64,000 bases of DNA from the NCBI GenBank assembly GCA_913043225.1, contig CAJWLU010000004.1, positions 128,001 to 192,000 of the forward strand. The letters run 5' to 3'. Shown piece by piece: positions 14,169-24,269 of the stretch; the first letter of the stretch is position 1, and every line of letters begins with the position of its first letter. Below the pieces are notes generated by a model, which did no database searches, was not told the origin of the DNA, and saw only the letters and a program-made list of their open reading frames with translations. Position numbers and translations under genes: made by a program. Source of the DNA: an uncultured Acidobacteriota bacterium (GTDB lineage: Bacteria; Acidobacteriota; Vicinamibacteria; Vicinamibacterales; UBA8438).

Positions 14169-15154
14169 CCGACCGACCCCCTCGCTCCCACACTGGCGTC
14201 GACCTCGGCCTGGCCCGTCAGGTCTTGCAGACGGAAGCAGATGCAATCGTTGGCCTGATCGATCGACTCGACGAGCGCTTCGAGCGCGCGGTGAAGCTAC
14301 TGGCCGACTGCCAGGGCCGCGTCATCGTGACCGGCATGGGAAAATCCGGCATCATCAGCCGCAAGCTAGCTGCGACGCTCGCCAGCACCGGCACACCGGC
14401 GTTCTTCCTGCACCCGGCCGAAGCGGTACACGGAGACCTCGGGGTCGTGCAAGGTGACGACATCGTACTGGCCCTCTCCCACAGCGGAGAAACCAGCGAG
14501 ATCCTCCGGCTCCTGGAGACGATCCGCCGGGTAGGCGCGAAAGTCATCTCCCTAACCGGCGCCCCTAGATCGTCTCTGGCGGAGACGGCCGACATCACCC
14601 TGGACTGCAGCGTGACCGGCGAGGCCTGTCCGATGAACCTCGTGCCGACGGCTAGCACGACAGCGGCTCTGGCACTCGGAGATGCACTGGCGATGACACT
14701 TCTCGAACGAAAGGGGTTCCGGAGAGAGGATTTCGTGAGCCTGCACCCTGGTGGCGGGCTCGGCAAGCGGCTACTGCGCGTCGACCACCTGATGAGTAGC
14801 GGTCCTGCCCTGCCTCTGGTTCGGCAGGAAGCATCGGTGGCCGCGGTGCTGGCGGAAATGTCCGCCAAGGGTCTCGGCATGACGTGTGTCATCGATGCCG
14901 ACGCCCGGATCGCTGGTGTCATCACCGACGGTGATCTCCGTCGCCGGCTAGCCTCCCGCGGCGGCGCACTCGAAGGAGCCGCCAGCGCGCTGATGACCGA
15001 CACTCCGCGCACGATTGGCCCGGACATGCTGGCTGCCGAGGCGCTTCAACTGATGGAAACGTATCGGATCACCTCGCTGGTGGTCGTCGACCCAGACAAG
15101 CGTCCGCTCGGGGTCCTCCACCTGCACGATCTCTGGCGCACCGAGCTGTTCTGA
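14165..15154 (+). CDS. kdsD: Arabinose-5-phosphate isomerase (KpsF/GutQ family, SIS + CBS)
   Basis: GMGKSG, HPAEAVHGDLG, EACPMNLVPTAST, HPGGGLG, ITDGDLRR. Confidence 0.93.
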   Translation: MTDRPPRSHTGVDLGLARQVLQTEADAIVGLIDRLDERFERAVKLLADCQGRVIVTGMGKSGIISRKLAATLASTGTPAFFLHPAEAVHGDLGVVQGDDIVLALSHSGETSEILRLLETIRRVGAKVISLTGAPRSSLAETADITLDCSVTGEACPMNLVPTASTTAALALGDALAMTLLERKGFRREDFVSLHPGGGLGKRLLRVDHLMSSGPALPLVRQEASVAAVLAEMSAKGLGMTCVIDADARIAGVITDGDLRRRLASRGGALEGAASALMTDTPRTIGPDMLAAEALQLMETYRITSLVVVDPDKRPLGVLHLHDLWRTELF

Positions 15155-16374
15155 TGGACGATAGCCTGACGCTCCTCTCCGTGTTTGTGACGCTACTGGC
15201 TGGACTCACAGCCGGCAAGGCCTGGGAGCGATACAAGCTACGAGAGGGCCGCTGGATCGACCGACGTAAGGCACGCGAATCCCCGCACTACATCCTGGGC
15301 CTCAACTTTCTGGTATCGAACCAGCTGGATCTGGCGATCGAAGAACTGACGACGGCTGCCGCCATCGACGCCGATGCCCTAGAAATTCACTTGATTCTGG
15401 GCAACTTGTACCGCGAGAAGGGGCAGGTCAATCGCGCCATAAAGATGCACCAGCAGCTACTGCAGCGCCCAAAACTGACGAAACTGGAGCAGGCCTACGT
15501 CCTTCTGTGCCTGGGCCTCGACTTTCGTCGAGGCGGTTTCGTGGATCGGGCACTCGAAGCCTTTACCGAGGTTCTTCGCTTTGACGGCAACAATCAGTAC
15601 GCCCTCCTCAACCTGCAGAAGCTGTACGAGGAACAGCACCAATGGGCGGAGGCCCATGCAATCCGCGAGCGGCTCGCCGCACTGACCGAAGATCAACAGC
15701 AGCCGATGCACCAAGCGATTCTGGCCTACCTGGAAACCCAGATCGGGCTCGACGCCATGAGCCGCGACGAGGCTGACGCGGCGGTTAGCCGCTTCGAGTC
15801 GGCGATCGCGCTCGACGAAGCTGCGCTTCCCGCCTATCTCAATCTTGGCGACCTCGAGCGCCAGCGTGGGCGGATCGCCGAAGCGATTGATTTGTGGGAA
15901 CGCGTGATCGAGATCGCGCCTGAAAGAGCGTATCTCGTGTTCGACCGGATTGACGCTGCTACCCGCCAGCAGGGCGACGACCGGAGGTTCCCTGCCCTGT
16001 GCCGGCGCCTCATCCAGACCAATCCGCAGGACTGGCGCGCACGGCTCGCGATAGGACGCCATCTCACCGACCATGCGCAACCGGCCGAGGCGTTGACCCA
16101 CCTGTTCGACTCCCTGGTGCACAATCCGCACGCGCTCTCGATCCACCAGGCCGTTTGGCAGGCGCTCGCCGAGATACAGTTCGATGCCGAACGGGTACAG
16201 CGCTACATGGAGCTCACGCGAGAGGCTGTGTTCTACCTCGACCCCCACATCTGCATACGGTGCCGCTATCGCAGCACCGAGTTGCTCTGGCAGTGCCCCC
16301 AGTGCCACGAGTGGAACACCTTCGTCGAGGAACGCATGACCCCAGCGGAGGATCGTGAAAACGCGCCCCGCTGA
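15154..16374 (+). CDS. lapB: LPS assembly regulator LapB/YciM-like protein
   Basis: N-terminal TM, TPR helices (LILGNLYREKGQVNRAIKMHQQLL), C-terminal rubredoxin-like CIRC...WQCPQCHEW; in Kdo cluster. Confidence 0.85.
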   Translation: MDDSLTLLSVFVTLLAGLTAGKAWERYKLREGRWIDRRKARESPHYILGLNFLVSNQLDLAIEELTTAAAIDADALEIHLILGNLYREKGQVNRAIKMHQQLLQRPKLTKLEQAYVLLCLGLDFRRGGFVDRALEAFTEVLRFDGNNQYALLNLQKLYEEQHQWAEAHAIRERLAALTEDQQQPMHQAILAYLETQIGLDAMSRDEADAAVSRFESAIALDEAALPAYLNLGDLERQRGRIAEAIDLWERVIEIAPERAYLVFDRIDAATRQQGDDRRFPALCRRLIQTNPQDWRARLAIGRHLTDHAQPAEALTHLFDSLVHNPHALSIHQAVWQALAEIQFDAERVQRYMELTREAVFYLDPHICIRCRYRSTELLWQCPQCHEWNTFVEERMTPAEDRENAPR

Positions 16375-16978
16375 GACGCCCGCCCGTGTGCGACGCGTCG
16401 TACTGACCGGAGGCATCGCGACCGGCAAGAGTTACACGCTGCAACGGTTCGCCATGCTTGGCGCGCCGACCTGCGACGCCGACGACATCGCCCGGACCGT
16501 ACAGGCACCGAACGGGGCCGCCTGGAGCGGACTACGCGACCGCTTCGGCCCAGACGTGTTCGACGCCAGCGGACACCTGAACCGGCGAATGCTCGGCGCG
16601 GTGGTATTCAGTGACCCACAGGCCCTGGCCGATCTCAATGCCCTCGTCCATCCCCACGTCCGGCAGGCTATCGAGCATTGGCTCGCCGAGCTCGATCCAG
16701 CCTCGGGGCCAGCCATGGTCGCAATTCCGTTGTACTTCGAAGGGGATCGTGTCCAGACTTTCGAACGGGTCGTGGTAACGGCCTGCGATCTTTCGACGCA
16801 GGTGGCGCGCGTGGTCGAGCGGGGATTCACCGAAGAGGAGGCCCGCCACCGGATCGCGGCGCAACTTCCAACGGAAGAGAAGGCCCGTCAGGCCGACCAT
16901 GTCGTCTGGACCGACCGCAGGTTCGCCGACACGGACCGACAGGTCGAAGAAGTCTGGGCCGTGCTCACTCGGCCCTGA
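16355..16978 (+). CDS. coaE: Dephospho-CoA kinase
   Basis: LTGGIATGKS, DADDIAR, LNALVHPHV, RIAAQLP. Confidence 0.93.
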   Translation: MKTRPAETPARVRRVVLTGGIATGKSYTLQRFAMLGAPTCDADDIARTVQAPNGAAWSGLRDRFGPDVFDASGHLNRRMLGAVVFSDPQALADLNALVHPHVRQAIEHWLAELDPASGPAMVAIPLYFEGDRVQTFERVVVTACDLSTQVARVVERGFTEEEARHRIAAQLPTEEKARQADHVVWTDRRFADTDRQVEEVWAVLTRP

Positions 16979-16982
16979 CGGT

Positions 16983-17945
16983 TCAGCGCTCGCCGACGTC
17001 AGACCGAGCCCGCCGGAGCTCGGCGGCCCGCACTGTGTTCGATAAAAGCATCGAGATGGTCAGGGGACCAACGCCGCCAGGCACCGGCGTGAGCGCGCCG
17101 GCGATCTCCTCCACCTCGGGATGTACATCGCCGACCACGGTGCGACCTCGCCGCTCGAGCACCTCGAGACGCGGAGAATCTGCTCCGAAGAGCGCGACAA
17201 CCTTGTCGCGGTCGCTGACGTAGGTTGTACCGACGTCGATTACCGTCGCCCCCGGCTTGACGAAGTCCCTGTTCACGAATCCCGGACGTCCGATCGCGGC
17301 CACGAGGATGTCCGCGACCGCGGCCACCTCTGGCAGATCCACCGTGCGGGAATGACAGATCGTCACGGTCGCGCTGCGATGGAGCAGCAACATGGCCATA
17401 GGCTTACCGACGATGTCGCTGCGGCCGATCACGACGGCCTGGCGGCCCTCGATCGGGATCTCGTATTGATCGAGCATCTCGACGATACCTGATGGCGTGC
17501 ACGGAGCCAGCCCCGGTTCTCGCTGCACCAGCCGGCCGACGTTGACGGCGTGGAACCCGTCCACGTCCTTGTCCGGATCGATGGCACCGAATACACGGCG
17601 TTCAGCGTCGCGACCCATGCCCGACGGGAGCGGCGATTGCACGAGAATACCGTCGATCTCGTCGGCCTCGTTGAAGCGGCGCACGCAATCCAACACCTCG
17701 TCTACGCTGGCGGTCTCTGAGAAGCGTCGCAAGTCGGCCAACATCCCGAGCTCATCGCACGCCTTCACCTTGTTGCGAACATAGATCTCTGAACCTCCGT
17801 CGTTGCCAGCGAGGACGATCCCCAGCCCTGGAGGGCGACCGGTCGCGCCGCTGAACGCTGCGATCCGCGGCCCCAGCGCTTCTCGAATCGATGCCCCCAC
17901 CACCTTGCCATCCAAGCGTCGCGCCACCGTCTCTTCTCCCGTCAT
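16983..17945 (-). CDS. folD: Methylene-THF dehydrogenase/cyclohydrolase
   Basis: YVRNK, KDVDGFH, PCTPSG, GRSDIVGKP, TPVPGGVGPLT. Confidence 0.96.
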   Translation of the reverse strand: MTGEETVARRLDGKVVGASIREALGPRIAAFSGATGRPPGLGIVLAGNDGGSEIYVRNKVKACDELGMLADLRRFSETASVDEVLDCVRRFNEADEIDGILVQSPLPSGMGRDAERRVFGAIDPDKDVDGFHAVNVGRLVQREPGLAPCTPSGIVEMLDQYEIPIEGRQAVVIGRSDIVGKPMAMLLLHRSATVTICHSRTVDLPEVAAVADILVAAIGRPGFVNRDFVKPGATVIDVGTTYVSDRDKVVALFGADSPRLEVLERRGRTVVGDVHPEVEEIAGALTPVPGGVGPLTISMLLSNTVRAAELRRARSDVGER

Positions 17946-18049
17946 AAACTACATTGGCTCAGGCTGCCTAAGCCGACGCGATCTTAGCAGGGGGCGAGGC
18001 ATTGGTTTCGTGTAGACTTCCCCGACCCCATCCACCGGGGGACTCCGCC

Positions 18050-19414
18050 ATGGCAACGAGCAACAATCGGGGCACCTGGGGCTCGAAGACAGGCTTCATC
18101 CTGGCTGCCGCCGGCTCCGCCGTCGGGCTCGGCAACATCTGGGGGTTTCCCACTCAAGTCGGACAAGGCGGAGGCGCGGTCTTTGTCCTGGTCTACCTCG
18201 CCTGCGTCATCCTGATTTGTCTGCCGATCATGCTGGCCGAGATGACCATCGGCCGGCGCGCTCAACTCGACCCAGTTGGGGCATACGCCGCTCTGCGGCC
18301 AGGGTCGGCCTGGTGGCTCGTCGGCGGCCTTGGCGTGCTCGCCGGAGCAGGTATCCTCTCGTTCTATTCCGTCATTGCAGGCTGGTCGGTGGCCTACATC
18401 TGGTTCATGGCCTCGGGGGCCGTCACCGGTGACGCCGAGGCCATCGGTGGCTTTTTTCGCACCTTCACCGCCAACGGCCCTCTGAGTGTGGCGCTGACTC
18501 TGGCGGTGCTCGGCGCCACCGCCACGGTGCTGATCGGCGGCGTGCAAGCAGGCATCGAGCGAGTCACCAAGCTACTAATGCCACTGCTGATCGGACTGCT
18601 GCTCGTGCTGGCGGTCCGTGCCTTTACGCTGCCTGGCGCCTCAGAAGGTTTGCGCTACTACCTGCGGCCGGACTTCTCCCGCATCACTGACCCGGCGGTG
18701 CTGAACGCGGCCCTCGGCCAGGCGTTCTTCTCGCTCAGCCTGGGCATGGGCGCCATCCTCACCTACGGCAGCTATCTCAGTAAACGCGAGAGCCTTGTCA
18801 GTGCAGCAGGCTGGGTGGTGGTCCTCGACACCTCGATGGCCCTACTCGCCGGGTTCGTGATCTTCCCAGCTGGCTTCTCGATTGACGGCTTCAACCCGAA
18901 CGCGAGCGGCCCCGGCCTGATCTTCGCCGTCCTCCCGAGACTCTTCTCCACCCTGCCCGGAGGGGAACTCTTCGGCGCCGCGTTCTTCATCCTCCTGACC
19001 ATGGCGGCGCTCACCTCAACTATCTCGCTTCTCGAGGTGCCGGTCGCGCACTGCATCGATGCTCGGGGCTGGAGTCGTCCCAAAGCGGTAGCGGTGGTCA
19101 CGACGGCCATCTTCGTCCTAGCCGTCCCGTCAGCGCTCTCGAACGGCGCCAATGCGTTCTTTAGCGGACTCCCCAGCGTCGGTATGAACTTCCTTGATCT
19201 CATGGGGGTGATCTGGAACAACTTCGCGCTCCCGATCGGCGGCTTCCTCACTGCCATCTTCGTCGGCTGGGTGTGGCGCGTGGATCAGGCTATCGGCGAG
19301 CTGGAACAGCACGGCGCGCGCTTCGCGGCGGCGGGATTGTGGAGCGTCCTCATCAAATGGGTGTGTCCGGTGGCGATCGGCATCATCATCGTCTACACCT
19401 TCATCACGATGTAG
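18050..19414 (+). CDS. Sodium-dependent transporter, NSS/SNF family
   Basis: RGTWGSKTGFILAAAGSAVGLGNIWGFP, GQAFFSLSLGMG, GPGLIF; many TM helices. Confidence 0.92.
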   Translation: MATSNNRGTWGSKTGFILAAAGSAVGLGNIWGFPTQVGQGGGAVFVLVYLACVILICLPIMLAEMTIGRRAQLDPVGAYAALRPGSAWWLVGGLGVLAGAGILSFYSVIAGWSVAYIWFMASGAVTGDAEAIGGFFRTFTANGPLSVALTLAVLGATATVLIGGVQAGIERVTKLLMPLLIGLLLVLAVRAFTLPGASEGLRYYLRPDFSRITDPAVLNAALGQAFFSLSLGMGAILTYGSYLSKRESLVSAAGWVVVLDTSMALLAGFVIFPAGFSIDGFNPNASGPGLIFAVLPRLFSTLPGGELFGAAFFILLTMAALTSTISLLEVPVAHCIDARGWSRPKAVAVVTTAIFVLAVPSALSNGANAFFSGLPSVGMNFLDLMGVIWNNFALPIGGFLTAIFVGWVWRVDQAIGELEQHGARFAAAGLWSVLIKWVCPVAIGIIIVYTFITM

Positions 19415-19426
19415 CCCGGAGTCAGG

Positions 19427-21130
19427 ATGGACGTCCTCGAGCTGATCATCCAGCAGGTCAAACACTACGTCGATGACTTCGGCGTGCCGGTGGGCGATCA
19501 GGTGATCCCGCTCAAGGTCATCGCCCTCCTGGGCACCGGCTTCTTCCTGACGCTGCGACTGGGCTTTGTCCAGGTCCGCCACCTGTCGCACGGATTCGCC
19601 ATCGCAAGCGGACGCTATGACAAACCCGACGAGCCGGGCGATGTCTCGCACTTTCAGGCCCTGACGACCGCGCTCTCAGCGACGGTAGGCATCGGCAACA
19701 TCGCCGGCGCGGCCTGGGCTATCCACTACGGCGGACCGGGTGCGTTGTTCTGGATGTGGATGACAGCGCTCCTGGGCGCGGCGACGAAGTTCTCGGAGGT
19801 TACGCTGGCACAGAAGTACCGCGACGTCACCCCTGAAACCCACAAGCATGAAGGCACGATCGCCGGCGGTCCGATGTACTACATAGAGCGCGGGATGGGT
19901 CCGCAGTGGCGCTGGATGGCGATCTTCTTCGCCGTGGCGCTCGGCTTCACCGCCTTCATCACCGGCAACGCCGTACAGGCGAACACGCTAGCCGACACCA
20001 TGGAGTCCAATTTCGGGGTCCCCAACGTGATCACCGGGCTGGTGGCAGCCACCGTCGTAGCCGCGGTGATCCTGGGCGGCATCACTCGGATCGGCCGGGT
20101 CACCGGTATCCTCGCTCCGGCCATGGCCAGCGTCTATGTCCTTGGGGCGATGGTCATCATCGTGATGAACGCCGGCGAGGTCTTGCCCGCCTTCGCGCTA
20201 ATCCTCAGAGAGGCGTTCAACCCGAGCGCTGGTGTGGCAGGTACGGGCATCGGCGTGCTCTTGGTCACGCTGAACTGGGGTGTAAATCGCGGCCTCTTCT
20301 CGAACGAGGCCGGACAAGGATCGGCTCCCATCGCCCACGCCGCCGCCAAAACCGATGAACCGGTTTCCGAAGGAGCAGTTGCCCTCGTGGAGCCATTCAT
20401 CGACACCATCGTGATCGTCACCATGACCTGCCTGGTGATCATCATCACCGGGGTGTACGACGACCGCGTGCCGTCGCAACTCACGCTCGCCGGCGGTGAC
20501 TTGACCTATGTGACCGAGGGCGCAGACGGAAGCCTCACCGAGACCGATGCCCCGGACGCGATCCGGGTGGAAGACGGACGGCAACCCACCGGGGCTGGTG
20601 TCGCCGCCTTCGCCTGGCACGACGTGTCGGTCGAGCGCTTCTTCGTGGACCCCGCCCAGACCGAACCCTTCGACGGCGTCATCGATCCGGCAAACGGTCT
20701 GGCCCGGAGCAACGACGGCACGAGCTACACAGTGCTCTATGGCAATGCCCCGGAAGGTGGTGCCCCGTTGACCCAACTTGCCTTCCAACGCGGCCTGGCG
20801 CCTCTTGGCGGATGGGGCGGGTGGATCGTCGTGCTGTCAGTGATCCTCTTTGCCGTCTCAACCGCAATCGCCTGGAGCTACTACGGCGACCGCTGTGCGG
20901 CCTATCTCTTCGGTGGCAGAGCGGTACTCCCCTACCGCCTGGTCTACGTCGGGATGGTGTTCCTGGGCACGATCCTCGCTCCTGCGGCAGCCTGGGATCT
21001 CGGCGACATCGCGCTGGGGATCGTCATCCTCCCCAACCTGCTTGCCCTAGTGGTGTTGTCTGGAGAGACGCGGGCGCTGATGAAGAGCTACTTCGAACGC
21101 CGTCCATGGTCTACCGGGCGTCGCGGCTAA
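19427..21130 (+). CDS. Alanine/glycine:cation symporter (AGCS family)
   Basis: SHFQALTTALSATVGIGNIAG, GGPMYYI, RGLFSNEAGQGSAPIAHAAA, WSYYG. Confidence 0.93.
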   Translation: MDVLELIIQQVKHYVDDFGVPVGDQVIPLKVIALLGTGFFLTLRLGFVQVRHLSHGFAIASGRYDKPDEPGDVSHFQALTTALSATVGIGNIAGAAWAIHYGGPGALFWMWMTALLGAATKFSEVTLAQKYRDVTPETHKHEGTIAGGPMYYIERGMGPQWRWMAIFFAVALGFTAFITGNAVQANTLADTMESNFGVPNVITGLVAATVVAAVILGGITRIGRVTGILAPAMASVYVLGAMVIIVMNAGEVLPAFALILREAFNPSAGVAGTGIGVLLVTLNWGVNRGLFSNEAGQGSAPIAHAAAKTDEPVSEGAVALVEPFIDTIVIVTMTCLVIIITGVYDDRVPSQLTLAGGDLTYVTEGADGSLTETDAPDAIRVEDGRQPTGAGVAAFAWHDVSVERFFVDPAQTEPFDGVIDPANGLARSNDGTSYTVLYGNAPEGGAPLTQLAFQRGLAPLGGWGGWIVVLSVILFAVSTAIAWSYYGDRCAAYLFGGRAVLPYRLVYVGMVFLGTILAPAAAWDLGDIALGIVILPNLLALVVLSGETRALMKSYFERRPWSTGRRG

Positions 21131-21152
21131 GCGCACGCAGGCTGCGAGCCCC

Positions 21153-21791
21153 CTAGCCGGCCCGATTGAGGAGATCGACGTAATCCCGGACGCGCGATGC
21201 TGGGTCGCCATTTCCCATCAGGTCGGAGATAACTGCCACCGACGACGCTCCTGCGGCGATCACATCTGACGCCTTATCAAGGCTGATGCCGCCGATGGCG
21301 ACGACCGGAGTAGTCCCCACCTGCGCACGGGTACGTCGCACGGCATCCAGGCCGACCGGCTCGTAGCCGGTATCCTTGGTTTTCGTCGTAAAGATCGGCC
21401 CGATGGCTACATAGTCGACCGACTCTTCGAGCGCCCGAGCGACCTGTGCCTCGTCGTGGGTCGAACGCCCGATCAGACGGTCCGGACCGAGTAAGCGGCG
21501 GGCGGCATCCACCGGCAGATCGTCCTGACCCAAGTGCACGCCGGCCGCATCAGCCATGAGGGTGAGGTCAGACCGATCGTTGATGATCACCCTGGCCGCA
21601 GTGCGTTCGGCCGCCGTGACGATCGTACGACTCCATTCGAGAAGCTGCCCCAACTCGACGCCCGGTGCTCTAAGCTGCAGGCAGCGGGCCCCACCGGCGA
21701 GGTAGGCACGCGCGAGGGACACGGGATCACGACCGTGGGTCGCAGCCACCGCCACATCGACGACCGCATAGAGACGAGGCAATAGCCGCAT
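21153..21791 (-). CDS. thiE: Thiamine-phosphate synthase
   Basis: IINDR, GVHLGQDD, GRSTH, GPIFTTKTK, VAIGGI. Confidence 0.9.
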   Translation of the reverse strand: MRLLPRLYAVVDVAVAATHGRDPVSLARAYLAGGARCLQLRAPGVELGQLLEWSRTIVTAAERTAARVIINDRSDLTLMADAAGVHLGQDDLPVDAARRLLGPDRLIGRSTHDEAQVARALEESVDYVAIGPIFTTKTKDTGYEPVGLDAVRRTRAQVGTTPVVAIGGISLDKASDVIAAGASSVAVISDLMGNGDPASRVRDYVDLLNRAG

Positions 21792-21793
21792 CC

Positions 21794-22960
21794 TTATCCG
21801 ACCTCCCGTAGGTCGAGCGACACATTTGTCAGCAACCGGTAGCCGTCGGTCGTCACCACTACATCATCCTCGAGGCGAACGCCGCCATGCTCCGGCAGAT
21901 ACACACCCGGCTCGACGGTGAACACCATGCCGGGCTCCAGGGGCACATCCTCAGGATCTGGCACACCATCAGGGACCCGGCGGCGACCGATCCGTGGCGC
22001 CTCGTGCACCTCGATCCCGAGGCCGTGTCCAGTTCCGTGGCCGAAGGCCTCACCCAGTCCTTTCGACTCGAGCGTACTCCGCGCCGCGTGGTCGATAGCC
22101 GCGGTAGTGGCCCCCACGCGGACGGTATCGAGCGCGGACTGATGTGCCTCCCGGACCGCACCGTGCCACGAGCGCGCTTCGTCGGACGGCGCCCCGAGAC
22201 TCGCGACTCGGGTCAGATCGACACAGTAGCCCCGGTAGACTCCACCGAAGTCCAGGAGAACCAGATCCCCTTTCTTCAACACCCGGCTACCGGGCCGAGC
22301 ATGCGGCAGGGCGGTGTGCGAGCCAGACGCCACAATCGTGTCGAACGCGGGCCGTTCGAACCCTGCCTTGCGGATCGCATGGTCGATATTGGCAGCCACC
22401 TCGAGTTCGGTCGTCCCGAACCTGAGACGGGTAATCTGGTCCTCCATCACCGCCGAGATACGTGCTCCGGCCTCTGTCAGGACCTGCAATTCAGATGCAT
22501 CCTTCACCAGGCGTCCCGCCTCAACGAGATCGCGCGACGACACGAGCTCCGGCCCCTCCTCTGCCAGCGCCGTCTGGAGCCAGTCGTATTGGGCCAGACA
22601 AATATGCGCCGCTTCCACACCCACTTTGGAGACGCCGCTGGCCCGCAGCAAGTCGCGATACGTCGCCTCATAGGACGACTCGACGTCCACGACGGAGATC
22701 GCCTCAGACTCGATCGCGTCGGCGGCCGCCCGAGCCACGGTCGCGTAACGGTTGTCCACAATGAACCGGACGGCGTCAACTGTCACCAGCAGGGCACCCG
22801 CGCTCCCGGCAAAGCCGCTCAGATAGAAGACGTTCGGTAGATGGGTAACCAGCAGCGCCGGGAGCCCGGCCTCGTCGAGACGACGCCTAAGATCAGCCTG
22901 ACGGCGATCGTGCCGGTTCCGTAATCCAGCCGATCTCTCCACCGCGCTAACTGATGGCAA
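21794..22960 (-). CDS. Xaa-Pro aminopeptidase (M24B family)
   Basis: ALPHA, LLDFG, DLTR, HGTGHGLGIEVHE, FTVEPGVY, GVRLEDD; start uncertain (22942-22960). Confidence 0.92.
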   Translation of the reverse strand: MPSVSAVERSAGLRNRHDRRQADLRRRLDEAGLPALLVTHLPNVFYLSGFAGSAGALLVTVDAVRFIVDNRYATVARAAADAIESEAISVVDVESSYEATYRDLLRASGVSKVGVEAAHICLAQYDWLQTALAEEGPELVSSRDLVEAGRLVKDASELQVLTEAGARISAVMEDQITRLRFGTTELEVAANIDHAIRKAGFERPAFDTIVASGSHTALPHARPGSRVLKKGDLVLLDFGGVYRGYCVDLTRVASLGAPSDEARSWHGAVREAHQSALDTVRVGATTAAIDHAARSTLESKGLGEAFGHGTGHGLGIEVHEAPRIGRRRVPDGVPDPEDVPLEPGMVFTVEPGVYLPEHGGVRLEDDVVVTTDGYRLLTNVSLDLREVG

Positions 22961-23141
22961 TGGCCACCGACTCGACCGTGGGAAGATCTTCCGCGTTATC
23001 GGTGACGACCAAGGTCGACTGGTAGGTGCGGGCCGAAGCGATACGTCGACGTCGGACCGTCGTCTGGCGCAGTTCCACCGCCTTCACGGCACTCAAGCCG
23101 ATATCGAGCCCGATCAGCGATTTGGTCCTGCGCACCAACAC
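22947..23141 (-). pseudogene. pilM: Remnant of type IV pilus pilM 5' end fused to unrelated, possibly pilQ-derived sequence
   Basis: RRTKSLIGLDIGLSAVKAVELR matches the PilM N-terminal actin-like motif (GLDIGSSSVKAVEL); similarity ends after about 28 codons; GGGAG SD upstream of GTG 23141. Confidence 0.7.
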
Positions 23142-23362
23142 GTTATCGTCTCCCAAGCGTCAGCCCGTCCGTAGCCGACCACTTTGCACCATGGAAGTCG
23201 CACACTTGCGAGGATCCGTCAGAGATTCGCGGCAGCGGTCACCCGTCGCCTCGTGCACTTCGGTCTATCGGTCAGGACACGCCCAGGCTGCACCCTGCCT
23301 AGCAACACAGTGGCGATGGGCACACGAAACGACCCAGGCGGACGTCCAGCCCCCACCCGTCA

Positions 23363-23391
23363 TTGACAGCCCCTCTAATTGCCCGTATCAT
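23363..23391 (+). promoter_or_regulatory. Sigma70 promoter of rplM operon
   Basis: TTGACA (23363-68), 17-nt spacer, TATCAT (23386-91). Confidence 0.8.
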
Positions 23392-23432
23392 CGGAGTTTA
23401 CGTCTGTGGCCTAGGGGGCCACTGGAGAGGGA

Positions 23433-23864
23433 ATGTCAACATTCGTTCCAACCCCGTCCAGCATCGACCGGCAGTGGCATGTGATCGACGCTGGGGACCA
23501 GATCCTTGGACGGGTCGCCACCATGGCCGCGCGCCTGCTACAGGGGAAGCACAAGCCCCAGTACGCACCATTTCTCGACACGGGCGACTTCGTCATTATC
23601 ACTAACGCGGCCAGCATAAAACTCACCGGCGCCAAGGAAGACCAGAAACTCTACCGCTACCACAGCGGCTACCCAGGCGGACTCCGGGAGGAGCGCGCCA
23701 AGGTGCTGCGGGACCGCATCCCCTCGCGCATAATGGAACAGGCCGTGCGTGGCATGCTCCCGAAGACCAAGCTCGGTAATCAGATGTATCGCAAGCTGAA
23801 GGTGTACGCTGGGGCTTCGCACCCGCACGCGGCCCAGCAGCCAAACCCACTCGAGGTGTCCTGA
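23433..23864 (+). CDS. rplM: 50S ribosomal protein L13
   Basis: WHVIDA, LGRVA, GKHKP, HSGYPGGL, AVRGMLPK, HPHAAQQP. Confidence 0.98.
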   Translation: MSTFVPTPSSIDRQWHVIDAGDQILGRVATMAARLLQGKHKPQYAPFLDTGDFVIITNAASIKLTGAKEDQKLYRYHSGYPGGLREERAKVLRDRIPSRIMEQAVRGMLPKTKLGNQMYRKLKVYAGASHPHAAQQPNPLEVS

Positions 23865-23865
23865 C

Positions 23866-24258
23866 GTGGTGGCAACGAGTTTTTACGGCACTGGCCGGCG
23901 GAAGTCGTCGACCGCGAGGGTCTTCCTGAAGCCCGGTAGCGGCGAGTTCGAACTGCGCGGGTCGACGCTCGAGAAGCGTTTTCCGTCCGATTCGGTCCGA
24001 ACCCGAATCCGGACTCCACTCGAAGTGGCCGAGGCCGTCGACAAAGTCGACATCCTCGCCACCGCCAAGGGTGGCGGAGTCGCGGGACAGGCTGACGCCT
24101 TACGGCTCGGCATCGCGCGGGCGCTCGTTGCCTTCGACCCCGAACTTCGACCGGTGCTGAAGAAGGCTGGGCTCCTGACCCGTGACGCGCGGATCAAGGA
24201 GCGGAAGAAGTACGGACTGGCCGGCGCCCGCAAGCGCTTCCAGTTCAGCAAGAGATAG
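23866..24258 (+). CDS. rpsI: 30S ribosomal protein S9
   Basis: [40 protein letters not shown]. Confidence 0.98.
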   Translation: MVATSFYGTGRRKSSTARVFLKPGSGEFELRGSTLEKRFPSDSVRTRIRTPLEVAEAVDKVDILATAKGGGVAGQADALRLGIARALVAFDPELRPVLKKAGLLTRDARIKERKKYGLAGARKRFQFSKR

Positions 24259-24269
24259 ACGGAGGCAGC

